From a virus, in the IMG/VR virus record IMGVR_UViG_3300014501_000013, positions 1 to 64,000 of that record: a stretch of DNA of 64,000 nucleotides; one strand, written 5' to 3'. The notes under the pieces are model-generated. The model saw only the letters and a list, made by a program, of their open reading frames with translations, had not been told where the DNA came from and made no database searches. Position 1 is the first letter of the stretch, and every line of letters starts with the position of its first letter. Below, one piece after another: positions 38,021 through 47,722 of this stretch. The translations under genes and the position numbers were made by a program.

Positions 38021-40550
38021 ATCTCTGATAGTACTTCTATTCGGTTCCGTCGCGGTGTTGGCCCAATCGGTGACCATCTCCGATACGCTCTACCTCCCTG
38101 ACGGTACGAAGTATTCAGGGCAACTCACGATCTCATGGCCAGTACCGTTCACGGGTGGTGATGGTCGGCAGATTCCATCGGGACCGCCGATCTCAACAAG
38201 CGTAAACAATGGAGTGCTGAGTGTGGCGCTTGAGGCGAATAGTACCGCGACACCAGCCGGCACGTTTTACCAAGTAGTTTACCGACCGGCGGGAAGTTCA
38301 GCTATTACCGAAATATGGATCGTCCCCTGCTGCTCTTCTCCGGTAAATCTGAGCACTGTCCGAGTGGCACTTCCGCCGTCGCCGTCCTTCATGATCGCGC
38401 TTTCGCAACTAGCCCAAGGCGGAGCGACTTCGGGCCAGTGCATCACATGGGGTGGCAGTTCGTGGGCCGTTGGCGCGTGCGGCAACCTGCCAAACATCGT
38501 GACACCTGGGACGAACACAAAGATCACCTACAACGCCCAAGGTCTTGTCACGTCAGCCGTCCAAGCTAACTTCACCGACTTGGCGGGATCTTTGCAACTC
38601 ACGCAGACGCCGCTCACTACAAGTCAGGACATCTTATTTGACAACGCCGGAAGTCTTGGGCGTCTTCCCATTTCCTTGGTTGGGAACGGAGCATGTCTTG
38701 GCAACTCCGGCGGCGTGTGGGCCAGTCTGGCGTGTTCGGGAGGCGGCGGTACAGGAACGGTCATCAACGACGCGCCGCTCACGAACGGGCAACTCGCGAT
38801 CGGTGGGACAGCGGGTGGCGTTCACATCACGGTCGGAGATTTGAGTGGGGACATTGCTACCGCTGGCAGCACCGTAACAGTGCTTCCTACTGTCAACTCG
38901 AACGTAGGCACCTGTGGCGATTCGACTCACGTTAGCCATATTACTCTCAATGCTAAAGGACAAGCCACGGCTTGTACTGCGGTGGCTATTTCCGGTGTTT
39001 CTTTCCCGTCTGCCTCGGCCCAGCTCCAATATCTACGCATTCAGCCCAACACCGGCAATCTTACTACTACCCAATTCGCGGGTCCGTTTGTGTTCTACCC
39101 GGAAGACTACAACTTCACTGCGCAAGCCCCAGGCGGCTCTCTGACAGGTGGTGGTGGTACTCAAACAATCAACCTCTCTCCGTGTCCTCTTGGCTTGAAT
39201 GGCTCGGATACATTGCACCAAGTGTATCTTAGCGGGGGAACGGGCACAGCCGAAGCCAAGCCGATTACGGGTGGTACCTGCATATCCGGCGCGTCATCGG
39301 GAACTATTACTCTGTCTCCAACGAACTCGCATAGCGGTGCGTGGACGGTCGGACCTGCATCGGCCGGAATCCAGGAAGCGCTGGTTGCCGCTAGTGGTTC
39401 TGGAGTGAAACTGCGCGATGCCACGTATGGCGTGTACGCGCCGATCTACGTGTGCCAAGGAACACTGACTGGCGCGGGGATGTTCAACTCCATCCTTCAG
39501 ATTCAAACGGCCTCTGTGGGCGCTATTGATGCACCGTGCCAAAAGGACACTTTTGAAAATTTCGGCATCACGACTGCCAGCATGACGCCGGGAACGAGCG
39601 GAAACTACGGAATCCGACTCGGCAACGGATCGGGACACGACAACTCTTTCACGCGCATCAACCGCCTTTACTTTGAGCCGCTGTACGACGCGATCCTTTG
39701 CATCAATTGCTCCCAGACTTCGATTACGAACAACGTTTTTTACAACTTCTACCACACCGCGATCACGGCTAACGACACCACGGGCGGAGACAACGATGGG
39801 CCTTGGATTCGCGGCAACGTGATGTTTAACTACAACTCGTACTCGACGCCGGCGCTCGCCTGCATGTACATCACTTCGACGGGTGGCATCACGATCACCG
39901 ACAACAATTGCTACGGAAGTTCGGCGCTTACTTCGCCGCAACTCCAGTACAACGTCTACATGAATCAGACGGCATCGACGCAGTTGACGATGAAAGGGAA
40001 TGTCTTCGAGACGGTATCAGTGGATAACGTAGCGCTGGTTGGGGTCTTTAATCTTATCACTATCACTGGCAATACCATCGCGCAGCCGCAAGTCGCCCAA
40101 TCGGGGTGGCGCGGCATTACGATTAGCGGCAATAACACGACCAGTCCATGCGGCAGCGGAATCGGCATCTGCCAGGTTGCGATTACAGGAAACACTATTC
40201 AGGGTCCGGGGCCAAGTTCTAGTTCTTCCGTCTGCATTGAACTGATCGGCTATATAAGTGGTGCGTTCATCGGCGGGAACCCCTGTAACTTTTCGCAGAT
40301 CGGCGTCAACATCGGCAGCAACGTGACGGCCACCACCGTGGGCCAGAACCAGATGTCCACATATAGCACTAACGTATACGGCGGTTCGACGGGCACAACA
40401 TGGGACTCGCCAGCAGCAATCGTCTGGTCTCAGCGCCCGATAGCAGCGAATGGTTCTGTTATCTACATGAGCGATGCCAACGCGGGCTGCACCGCTGGAG
40501 GCTCCAGTGGCCAACGGTGTGAATTTATAAATTCTGCATGGACCCATTAA
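38004..40550 (+). CDS. Signal-peptide-bearing tail spike with right-handed beta-helix (start 37992 or 38004)
   Basis: SRYFISLIVLLFGSVAVLA|Q; TKITYNAQGLVTSA fibre repeat; AGIQEAL...L.GAG...SIL then ITNN/ITGNTI beta-helix rungs. Confidence 0.75.
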   Translation: MSRYFISLIVLLFGSVAVLAQSVTISDTLYLPDGTKYSGQLTISWPVPFTGGDGRQIPSGPPISTSVNNGVLSVALEANSTATPAGTFYQVVYRPAGSSAITEIWIVPCCSSPVNLSTVRVALPPSPSFMIALSQLAQGGATSGQCITWGGSSWAVGACGNLPNIVTPGTNTKITYNAQGLVTSAVQANFTDLAGSLQLTQTPLTTSQDILFDNAGSLGRLPISLVGNGACLGNSGGVWASLACSGGGGTGTVINDAPLTNGQLAIGGTAGGVHITVGDLSGDIATAGSTVTVLPTVNSNVGTCGDSTHVSHITLNAKGQATACTAVAISGVSFPSASAQLQYLRIQPNTGNLTTTQFAGPFVFYPEDYNFTAQAPGGSLTGGGGTQTINLSPCPLGLNGSDTLHQVYLSGGTGTAEAKPITGGTCISGASSGTITLSPTNSHSGAWTVGPASAGIQEALVAASGSGVKLRDATYGVYAPIYVCQGTLTGAGMFNSILQIQTASVGAIDAPCQKDTFENFGITTASMTPGTSGNYGIRLGNGSGHDNSFTRINRLYFEPLYDAILCINCSQTSITNNVFYNFYHTAITANDTTGGDNDGPWIRGNVMFNYNSYSTPALACMYITSTGGITITDNNCYGSSALTSPQLQYNVYMNQTASTQLTMKGNVFETVSVDNVALVGVFNLITITGNTIAQPQVAQSGWRGITISGNNTTSPCGSGIGICQVAITGNTIQGPGPSSSSSVCIELIGYISGAFIGGNPCNFSQIGVNIGSNVTATTVGQNQMSTYSTNVYGGSTGTTWDSPAAIVWSQRPIAANGSVIYMSDANAGCTAGGSSGQRCEFINSAWTH

Positions 40551-40557
40551 ATTCTCT

Positions 40558-40884
40558 ATGAAACTACTACTCATTCTCTCACTATTTTCGTTGGCCGCAT
40601 TCGCTGCCGACGCACCGAAACCAACACCAACCCCGGTCAACCCGATCACGGACAAGCAAGCGAAAGATGCTGCTATCGTTCAGCGCGATTTCATGGTGGC
40701 CAAGTCGGATCTCGACGCGGCACAGACCAAGTTCAACGCAGCGCAGAAAGCGCTCATGGCCAAGTATGACGAACTGGGCGCGAGTTGCAAAACGATCAAG
40801 CAGACTTTTGAGCCGAACGCAATAGGGTGCGTGCCTGCTCCAGAGACAGCCGCAGTTACCGCGAAAACAGAACCCAAGAAGTAA
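40558..40884 (+). CDS. Secreted coiled-coil small protein
   Basis: MKLLLILSLFSLAAFA|A; two Cys. Confidence 0.7.
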   Translation: MKLLLILSLFSLAAFAADAPKPTPTPVNPITDKQAKDAAIVQRDFMVAKSDLDAAQTKFNAAQKALMAKYDELGASCKTIKQTFEPNAIGCVPAPETAAVTAKTEPKK

Positions 40885-40896
40885 AGGAGAACTCGC

Positions 40897-41607
40897 ATGT
40901 CTTCAATGCCGATGTCACCGCAACAAATGATGATGATGCGCCAGCAGCAGCAAGGGAATCAACAGCAACAGGCAATGCCCGCTGCTGGCCCCGGCGGAGG
41001 TGCGCTCCCAATGATGCCACAACGTCCAGCGGGATCTCCCGGCGCATGGGGTTCTGGCGGCGGTGGGGCACCGATGGGCGGCCCTGGCCAGTGGGGTGGT
41101 GGCGCTCCCGGTGGAATGCCGCCGCGCCAAATGCCGCCGCAAATGGGCGGTCCCCCTGGCGGCGGGATGCCTCCTGGGATGCCGGGCGGAATGCCGCAGC
41201 AGGGGATGATGCCACCTGGAGGCGGCGGTGGGATGCCTCCGCGACCGATGGGCCAACAGATGGCTCCCCCCGGCGGAGGACCTAATTATGGGACTGGCTA
41301 CGGGAGTGCTCCTGGTGCTAACGGTGGTTTGCCTTCAGTAGGAGCCAACGCGACTGCTGGAAACTCGTATGGTCCAGGGGCTCCTCAAATGCCTCCAGGG
41401 ATGGGCGGCGGCCAAATGCAACCGATGGGTGGTCCATCAATGTCTGGCCAGCCAGCGCCCCCTGGTGCAGGTGCGCCACCGCAATCCGCCCAAAATCCAT
41501 GGGGCGGCGCTGGAGGAACTATGCAAGGGCTACCGCCGCAACAGGGCGGCGGTATGCAGCAAAACCAGCTCGCCATGCTTCGCCGTCAGCAGCCAATGAG
41601 CCAGTAA
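40897..41607 (+). CDS. G/P/M/Q low-complexity protein
   Basis: AAGGAG SD; no acidic residues. Confidence 0.7.
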   Translation: MSSMPMSPQQMMMMRQQQQGNQQQQAMPAAGPGGGALPMMPQRPAGSPGAWGSGGGGAPMGGPGQWGGGAPGGMPPRQMPPQMGGPPGGGMPPGMPGGMPQQGMMPPGGGGGMPPRPMGQQMAPPGGGPNYGTGYGSAPGANGGLPSVGANATAGNSYGPGAPQMPPGMGGGQMQPMGGPSMSGQPAPPGAGAPPQSAQNPWGGAGGTMQGLPPQQGGGMQQNQLAMLRRQQPMSQ

Positions 41608-41617
41608 GGAGTTCCCC

Positions 41618-43240
41618 GTGTCAACCGCTCCCGCACCGTACAGCAATTTCAGTTATTCGGATTGGCTCAACCAAGCTCCGTATCAGTCCTTCAACGATGG
41701 AAACATCAACGGTGTCCAGAACTCCAATTGGTCCAATCCGAACTCTGCCTTCCAAAGCAACCTTCTCAACGAGCAGGTTCAGGGCGGAGAACTGCAATCA
41801 GAGTTCGGGAACACGGCGAACTCTGCTCAACAGCTTGCAAATTACTACCGCGTGCCGATGGACCAGGCTGCGGGAGCGCTCGCCCAGACTCCAGGCTACA
41901 CATCCGGCGAACTGGGTAACATTCTCGATACCAGCGGCTACCAGCAGGGCGAGACCACGGGAGGGCAGTATGCCTCGATGGCCCCCACCGGGTCGCAGCA
42001 GTCGGCGATGGAGGGCAACCCGAACAGTTTCATGAACTGGTTCGATCCGGCGCAAACGCAGGGCGATATCACGACTGCCGCCGGCTATTCGCAAAATGAC
42101 CTGAACAACACCAACATCGCGTTGCAAAACACAATGAATAACCAGTCCGCTGGCTATTCAGGTGCGATCAATCCATCGGCGTTGACGGTTAACCCAGCGC
42201 TTCAGGGACAACTGCAAAACACGGTCGGCGGGGCGACCAGCGCGATCAATTCGGCTGTCAATAGCCCCAACCTTCAATTGAACCTCGCGCCACAGAACTA
42301 CCTGATGAGCAATCAGCAGGTTCAGGCAACACAGAACCAGGCGGCGCAAGACGTTCAGCAGCAGGCGCAATCCCAGTACGAGAACACCTACAAATCCGCG
42401 CTCGCTTCTGGCAATGCCGATCCCATGGCGCTCGCGGCGCTCCAACAGCAATCGCAGGCTACAGGTGAAGAAGCCGCGGCCAACGCTGAGACAAGTGCCA
42501 ACCTTGCAGCAACAGGCCAACAGCGAACCCTTGCGATGAACTACGCCCAAGCTCAGTTGGGAGCCGGGCAGACACAGGCGGGGTTGCAATCATCGGCGCA
42601 AGAGAACCTCCTTGGCCAGACGCTTGGAGAACAGACCGGGTACGCGGGCCTCCAGATTGGAGCGCAGCAGGGACTGACCCAAGACCAGATGACAGCGGTC
42701 CAGAATCAAGCGAACACGCAGACGGGAGCCAACGAATATCTCGGTACCACGGGCGTCAACTTACAACAGGGCGTCGGAGCGCAGGAAGAGGCTGCTCAGC
42801 AGTATTTGACGAATATGGGCACTGGCATAACAGAGGCGCAGAATACCGCGAAGACGGGCGCAGCCACCCAGCAGTATCAGAACCAGCTTCAGAACCAGAT
42901 GTACCAGCAGCAGAACACGTTCAACCAGAATACCGCGGTGCAGGATCGCCAGTCGGCGGCGTACTCGGCCGCCGCGAATGCGCGCATGGCCGGCCAAGGT
43001 CAGTTCCTCAATTGGTCCACAGGGGCCACCAGCGGAGCGACTAATCAGCAGTTGGCGAGCCAGAACATGCAGGCCGGTGTCTACGGTACGCAGGGTCAGT
43101 TGGCAAACAACGCTGCGGGTCAGTGGGGCAACTACCAGATTCAGAAGAATGGCCAGCCAGGGATGACCTCACAGGTTATGGGCGGAATTGCGGGGGCCGC
43201 ATCAGCAGCGGCACCGTATGCAGCGATGGCGTTCGCGTAA
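41618..43240 (+). CDS. Q/N/A-rich putative DNA ejection protein
   Basis: AAGGAG SD; helical Q/N/A-rich; hydrophobic GGIAGAASAAA tail as in P22 gp7-like proteins. Confidence 0.6.
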   Translation: MSTAPAPYSNFSYSDWLNQAPYQSFNDGNINGVQNSNWSNPNSAFQSNLLNEQVQGGELQSEFGNTANSAQQLANYYRVPMDQAAGALAQTPGYTSGELGNILDTSGYQQGETTGGQYASMAPTGSQQSAMEGNPNSFMNWFDPAQTQGDITTAAGYSQNDLNNTNIALQNTMNNQSAGYSGAINPSALTVNPALQGQLQNTVGGATSAINSAVNSPNLQLNLAPQNYLMSNQQVQATQNQAAQDVQQQAQSQYENTYKSALASGNADPMALAALQQQSQATGEEAAANAETSANLAATGQQRTLAMNYAQAQLGAGQTQAGLQSSAQENLLGQTLGEQTGYAGLQIGAQQGLTQDQMTAVQNQANTQTGANEYLGTTGVNLQQGVGAQEEAAQQYLTNMGTGITEAQNTAKTGAATQQYQNQLQNQMYQQQNTFNQNTAVQDRQSAAYSAAANARMAGQGQFLNWSTGATSGATNQQLASQNMQAGVYGTQGQLANNAAGQWGNYQIQKNGQPGMTSQVMGGIAGAASAAAPYAAMAFA

Positions 43241-43249
43241 AGGAACCTA

Positions 43250-45631
43250 ATGGGCGGCTACAATATTCCCGGTTACAACTCCAGCGGCGGCGCCTTCGAG
43301 CAGGGGCCCGATCCTAACGATCCGAACCAGCAGCAGCCGAATGGCTACACGCAACTGCTCGCGCGGCTTCGGCAATTGCAAACGGGCGGTCTTCCGCTTC
43401 AGCAGCAACAGAATGGGCAAGTAGGGATGAACCAGCCCAATCAGCCAAATCAGCCGTATAACAAGGGTACGCAGATGGGGTCGAATATCGGGTCGATCAT
43501 TAAAAACGTTGGCCAGATGTTCCAACCACAAGTCGGCACAGGCGGTAACCTTCCGGCATCGTCCATGATGAACATCGGAATGCCACCGAGCCTCTACGGG
43601 GGTGCGCCCGCCGCGGCACCGCCCAGTTTTCCTGGAGACGGATCGTCCATGGCGTCTCCCGACATGCCTGAGTTCGCCTATGGCGGTACAATCTTCGGAC
43701 AAAACGACCCGAACAACACAAGTTCCAGCAGCGGGCCGACGATCCAGGGACCGGCGGATTCCCTCTTCGGTGAAGCTGGCCCGGAGTTGCTATCTCACTC
43801 AAGCGGCGCGCCACCAGAAGTTATCACTAAGCCACAGGTGCGAACGCTTGGTACTCAGGGTACCGACACAGTAACCCCGCTCACCGCACCGCCGCACAAA
43901 GTCACGCCAGCGGGCAAGAACCTCATCAAGCGGCTCCATCCCAAGTATCGGTTCGACGAAGGTGGAACCGTTACGGGCGAAGATGATGCACTTTACGGTT
44001 CCGACCTCGATGCCATGGCCGCGCAGCAGCGAGCGAATCCGCAATTAGATGCGGTTGACGAATCCGAAGGCGCTGGCGGACCTATTCCGGCTGGAACGGC
44101 CAATCTCGGCGCAAGTGGCGGAATTAATCGTTACGGTATTCTCCCTGGCGTTGCTACTCTGCCGGCGGCTCCAACGCAAGGGCCAACTACTGAGGACACT
44201 ACTAATATCGGCGCACCGCCCCTCATCGCTCCCGATAGTCAAACCCCGAGTAGCGCTGCGAATGCCGCAGCACCTCAAGCTGCTTCGCTAGGCAATCGTC
44301 CAGCGGCACCCCCTCCATCCGTCCGCGAGCAGACCGCTGGGCTCAGGACGCCCGTGCCTACGCCGCCCAGCATGGGCCAGCGCGTTGCCGCCGGGGTTCT
44401 CGGCGGTCTCGCGGGATGGGCCAATCAAAAGGCGTGGCGCGGTCGGCCAATCGACACCACGGCGGCTACCCAGAACATCCTCTATCCAGGCCAAGCGCAG
44501 AAGCAGGCGCAGTTCAACGCGCAGGCTCAGGATCTCCAGCGGCAACTCAACATGCAGGAGGGCGGCGACAAGGATAAGATGCAGGCCGCGCAGTTGGCCA
44601 ACTTACAAGCCAATACCGCGCTGACGCAGAACCAAGTTGAAAATCCTTCCCTGAAATATCCCGACCTTGTTCCCGACCCAGACCCGAACAAGCAGAACCC
44701 GAAAGCCTATCCCGGAACTCATTTGGTAGTCGGTGGCCAGCCGATGTATCGCCCGACGGCGGTGGAGAAATCGCAGCAGACTTGGTTGGAGGTTCCGACC
44801 GTTTTACAGAAACGCTACGGGATGCCGGCCAAGGCTCCCTATCAGATGATCGATTCCACATTGCGGACGATGGAGATTGAAGCCCAGAGCCAAGCGACCA
44901 TGGCGGGTCGGCAACAAATGCAGCAGCAGGTTTTAGAGGCTCGTGCCGAAGCGAACAACCAGATGAATCAGACCAAGTTGCTCGTGGGCGGTATGATGGG
45001 CGCGAATAAAACGGCGGATGCTTCGAACAAGAGTTACCAGTTCAACGTCGGGGAACTCAACAAAATTGGATCACCGGTAGACCAACTAGTGAGCAGGATG
45101 GGGCGTTTGCAGGACACGCTCGCACAAAACAGCCCCGCTGCTGACGCGCTCGTCGCGCCGGAACTGTTAACGGTAATGGCCGGTGGCCAAGGCTCCGGGA
45201 TGCGCATGAACGAAGCGGAAATCTCCCGCATCGTTGGCGGTCGCTCTAACTGGCAATCGCTTCAGGCTGCTGTCAATAAGTGGCAACTCGATCCGTCCCA
45301 AGCTCTCAGCATCACGCCCGCGCAGCGCGCGCAGATGAACGCGCTTATTGGAACGGTCAATCAAAAGCTACAGGCTAAGAAGCAGATTGTCGATCAGGCG
45401 CAGCAGGATCTCGTTGGCACGGACGACATAAAGCAACACCGGCAAATCGTAGTGAATGCGCGTAGGTCGGTGTCGGGAGTCGACCAGGGCGCAGGCCAAC
45501 CCAGCGGCCAAGTTCCGCCAGCAGTCCAGCAGGTTCTTTCCAAAGCAACTCCAGGCATTCACACACTCAGCGACGGCAGCAAGTGGATGAAGACGGCTGA
45601 TGGCAACGTGATCGCGGCTCCTGCTCAATAA
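43250..45631 (+). CDS. Putative DNA ejection protein
   Basis: Disordered N-half with FAYGG, FGEAGPEL, FDEGG; helical C-half; terminal GIHTLSDGSKW motif. Confidence 0.6.
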   Translation: MGGYNIPGYNSSGGAFEQGPDPNDPNQQQPNGYTQLLARLRQLQTGGLPLQQQQNGQVGMNQPNQPNQPYNKGTQMGSNIGSIIKNVGQMFQPQVGTGGNLPASSMMNIGMPPSLYGGAPAAAPPSFPGDGSSMASPDMPEFAYGGTIFGQNDPNNTSSSSGPTIQGPADSLFGEAGPELLSHSSGAPPEVITKPQVRTLGTQGTDTVTPLTAPPHKVTPAGKNLIKRLHPKYRFDEGGTVTGEDDALYGSDLDAMAAQQRANPQLDAVDESEGAGGPIPAGTANLGASGGINRYGILPGVATLPAAPTQGPTTEDTTNIGAPPLIAPDSQTPSSAANAAAPQAASLGNRPAAPPPSVREQTAGLRTPVPTPPSMGQRVAAGVLGGLAGWANQKAWRGRPIDTTAATQNILYPGQAQKQAQFNAQAQDLQRQLNMQEGGDKDKMQAAQLANLQANTALTQNQVENPSLKYPDLVPDPDPNKQNPKAYPGTHLVVGGQPMYRPTAVEKSQQTWLEVPTVLQKRYGMPAKAPYQMIDSTLRTMEIEAQSQATMAGRQQMQQQVLEARAEANNQMNQTKLLVGGMMGANKTADASNKSYQFNVGELNKIGSPVDQLVSRMGRLQDTLAQNSPAADALVAPELLTVMAGGQGSGMRMNEAEISRIVGGRSNWQSLQAAVNKWQLDPSQALSITPAQRAQMNALIGTVNQKLQAKKQIVDQAQQDLVGTDDIKQHRQIVVNARRSVSGVDQGAGQPSGQVPPAVQQVLSKATPGIHTLSDGSKWMKTADGNVIAAPAQ

Positions 45632-45632
45632 C

Positions 45633-47123
45633 ATGGCCGACGGGCTTTCCATTGTAGATTCGCAACCGCTCCCTCAGCAGGGACCACCGCTCTCAATCGT
45701 TAAGAGCGAGTCCATTCCATCACCAGAAGGCTTCTGGTCCAGTTTTTATAACGCCTCCCCTCTTCCTGCCGTCGTTAATGCGATCAAGGGCGGCAATAAA
45801 CCCCCAGCGGGCCAACCGCCGCCGGTGGCCGTAGATCCATGGACCGGCGCAGCCCAGACGATTACCGATGCCGCTAAGAACGCCTATCAGCATATCGGCG
45901 CTGCTGGCGGAAAGATAGCGCAGGGCGATTACTCAGGGGCGCTCGGTGAATATGCTGGCGCGGTTCCGTTCTTTGGCCAAGGCGCGCAGAAATCCGGACA
46001 GCAAGCCGCTGCCGGAAACTATGCTGGTGCTGCTGGATCTGCTCTTGGGACGATCTCGGGGGCTGCAATTCCAGAAGCAAAGCGCGGCGGCGGGGAAGCT
46101 GCCCAAGCAGTCAAGGACTTTGCAGCGAAACCTGGAGCGGCAGACATCCTGATGGGCGGCGGCTTGGTCGCGGGCGGCGCAACGGGAGCCGTGGCAGGGG
46201 CACTCAAAGGGCACGCACCCATCGGTGCATCGGGCGGCTTGGCCGCTACGCTCTACGGTCTCGGGCGGATCAAGAAGGGCCTCACTGCGAACAAAGCCGC
46301 TGCCGTTGAGGCTGCCGGCGAAGCCGTAACGCCTCCGCCAAACCAATTCACGGGCCCACGCAATCCCGCCTGGAAGGACATCCCGGCGGAACCGGATTTG
46401 ACCGCGCCAGATGCGACTCCCATTCCCTCCCCGTTGCCATCGGGACGCACTCCGGGCGGCATCCAGAACCAGCAGCCAATCACGACACCCGCCGCTTCAA
46501 GTTTCACGCCATCCGCCGCCGACGCGGGAGTGAGCCTCAACGATCTCGCGATGGGCCAGTACAAAAAACCATTCGGAAAATTAAAGCTAGAGGAGCAGGC
46601 GAACGTAAAGAGCTGGAAGCAGCGCATCGACCAGGACAACCAACAGCCGACGCTGACGGCTCCCGATGCTCCAACACCCGCGCCAACTCCTGCACCACCT
46701 ACTCCATCTACACCGAAAACTCCGCCTCCGCGGCCCACTAGCACGCTGACGATCCCGCCCGCTGATGACCTGACCGGCCCTCTCGCTCATTCGGTGAATC
46801 GAGCCAACATCGTGATCGCCGCGGTTCGGGTAATGAACAATGGCGGGTACGATTCTAGCGTGATTCCGTCCATGAGGCCAGAGCACTGGGCCGCTATCGC
46901 TCAGGAAGTAGATAAGTTGCGTGGCGCTCCGCAGGGCAGCCCACCGCGCGCAGCGATTACCGACCCAGCGACTATTGACGCGATCAAGCAGCGACTTCAA
47001 CTCCAGGAGCAACTTCGCGATTCCATGACCCCGAACATTGGCGTACTTCGCCCGACGCCCGCAGCGCAACCAACAATGGATGCCCAAGGCAACCCTATCC
47101 TTACCTCACCGGAGAACCCATGA
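45633..47123 (+). CDS. Putative DNA ejection protein
   Basis: LSIVDSQP/LSIVKSE N-terminal repeats; G/A-rich membrane-like segments. Confidence 0.55.
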   Translation: MADGLSIVDSQPLPQQGPPLSIVKSESIPSPEGFWSSFYNASPLPAVVNAIKGGNKPPAGQPPPVAVDPWTGAAQTITDAAKNAYQHIGAAGGKIAQGDYSGALGEYAGAVPFFGQGAQKSGQQAAAGNYAGAAGSALGTISGAAIPEAKRGGGEAAQAVKDFAAKPGAADILMGGGLVAGGATGAVAGALKGHAPIGASGGLAATLYGLGRIKKGLTANKAAAVEAAGEAVTPPPNQFTGPRNPAWKDIPAEPDLTAPDATPIPSPLPSGRTPGGIQNQQPITTPAASSFTPSAADAGVSLNDLAMGQYKKPFGKLKLEEQANVKSWKQRIDQDNQQPTLTAPDAPTPAPTPAPPTPSTPKTPPPRPTSTLTIPPADDLTGPLAHSVNRANIVIAAVRVMNNGGYDSSVIPSMRPEHWAAIAQEVDKLRGAPQGSPPRAAITDPATIDAIKQRLQLQEQLRDSMTPNIGVLRPTPAAQPTMDAQGNPILTSPENP

Positions 47124-47713
47124 AATATTTGATGATTCCACTTTTCGCAATCGCCGCGTGGGCGCAGGAGGGGCAGCCCGTCAGCATCAGTCCCGCACCT
47201 GTGCCGCAAGCCTTCACTACGATCACACACTATACTAGCGGCAATCCTGACCGCGTTTGCAAGGCGCGATCCACGCAAGACGTATTCACGATCACGACCT
47301 CGGCGATCTCGAATGCAAACCCAGGCGTCATCACGGCCACGGCTCACGGTTTCTATTACGACTCGGGCAACACGAGCGTTGTTCAAAAGTTCGTTGTGTT
47401 CATCTCCGGACTCACGGGAAGCTGGGCACCGCTGAATGGGCTCCAAGTGGTTTTTGCATCGAGTGCCAACGCGCTGACAAGCACGGTTAACACGACGGCA
47501 TACGGTGCGGTAACCGGAACTGCCGTGGTTTCCTCGCGAGCCCCGCGCGTTACCGCCTCGATCTGGTCTGTGCTCACTACTGTCTACGATTCCAGCAATA
47601 ACCCGACAATCACTGCTTGGCCAGTTCCGACCACAGGTGCCACGCTCGGCAATCTTCAGGGTGGTCAAACGTCTTTCGCTTTCCCATGCGCGGCTCAAAG
47701 CGCGGTCCAGTAA
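47120..47713 (+). CDS. Signal-peptide-bearing FCCH-like beta protein
   Basis: MKYLMIPLFAIAAWA|Q; AISNANPGVITATAHG...VFISGLTGSW..LNG. Confidence 0.7.
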   Translation: MKYLMIPLFAIAAWAQEGQPVSISPAPVPQAFTTITHYTSGNPDRVCKARSTQDVFTITTSAISNANPGVITATAHGFYYDSGNTSVVQKFVVFISGLTGSWAPLNGLQVVFASSANALTSTVNTTAYGAVTGTAVVSSRAPRVTASIWSVLTTVYDSSNNPTITAWPVPTTGATLGNLQGGQTSFAFPCAAQSAVQ

Positions 47714-47722
47714 GGAGTATCC

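Noticed and set aside
40558-40884. Spanin or lipoprotein assignment
   Set aside because: No lipobox Cys at the cleavage site, and it lies far from the lysis genes
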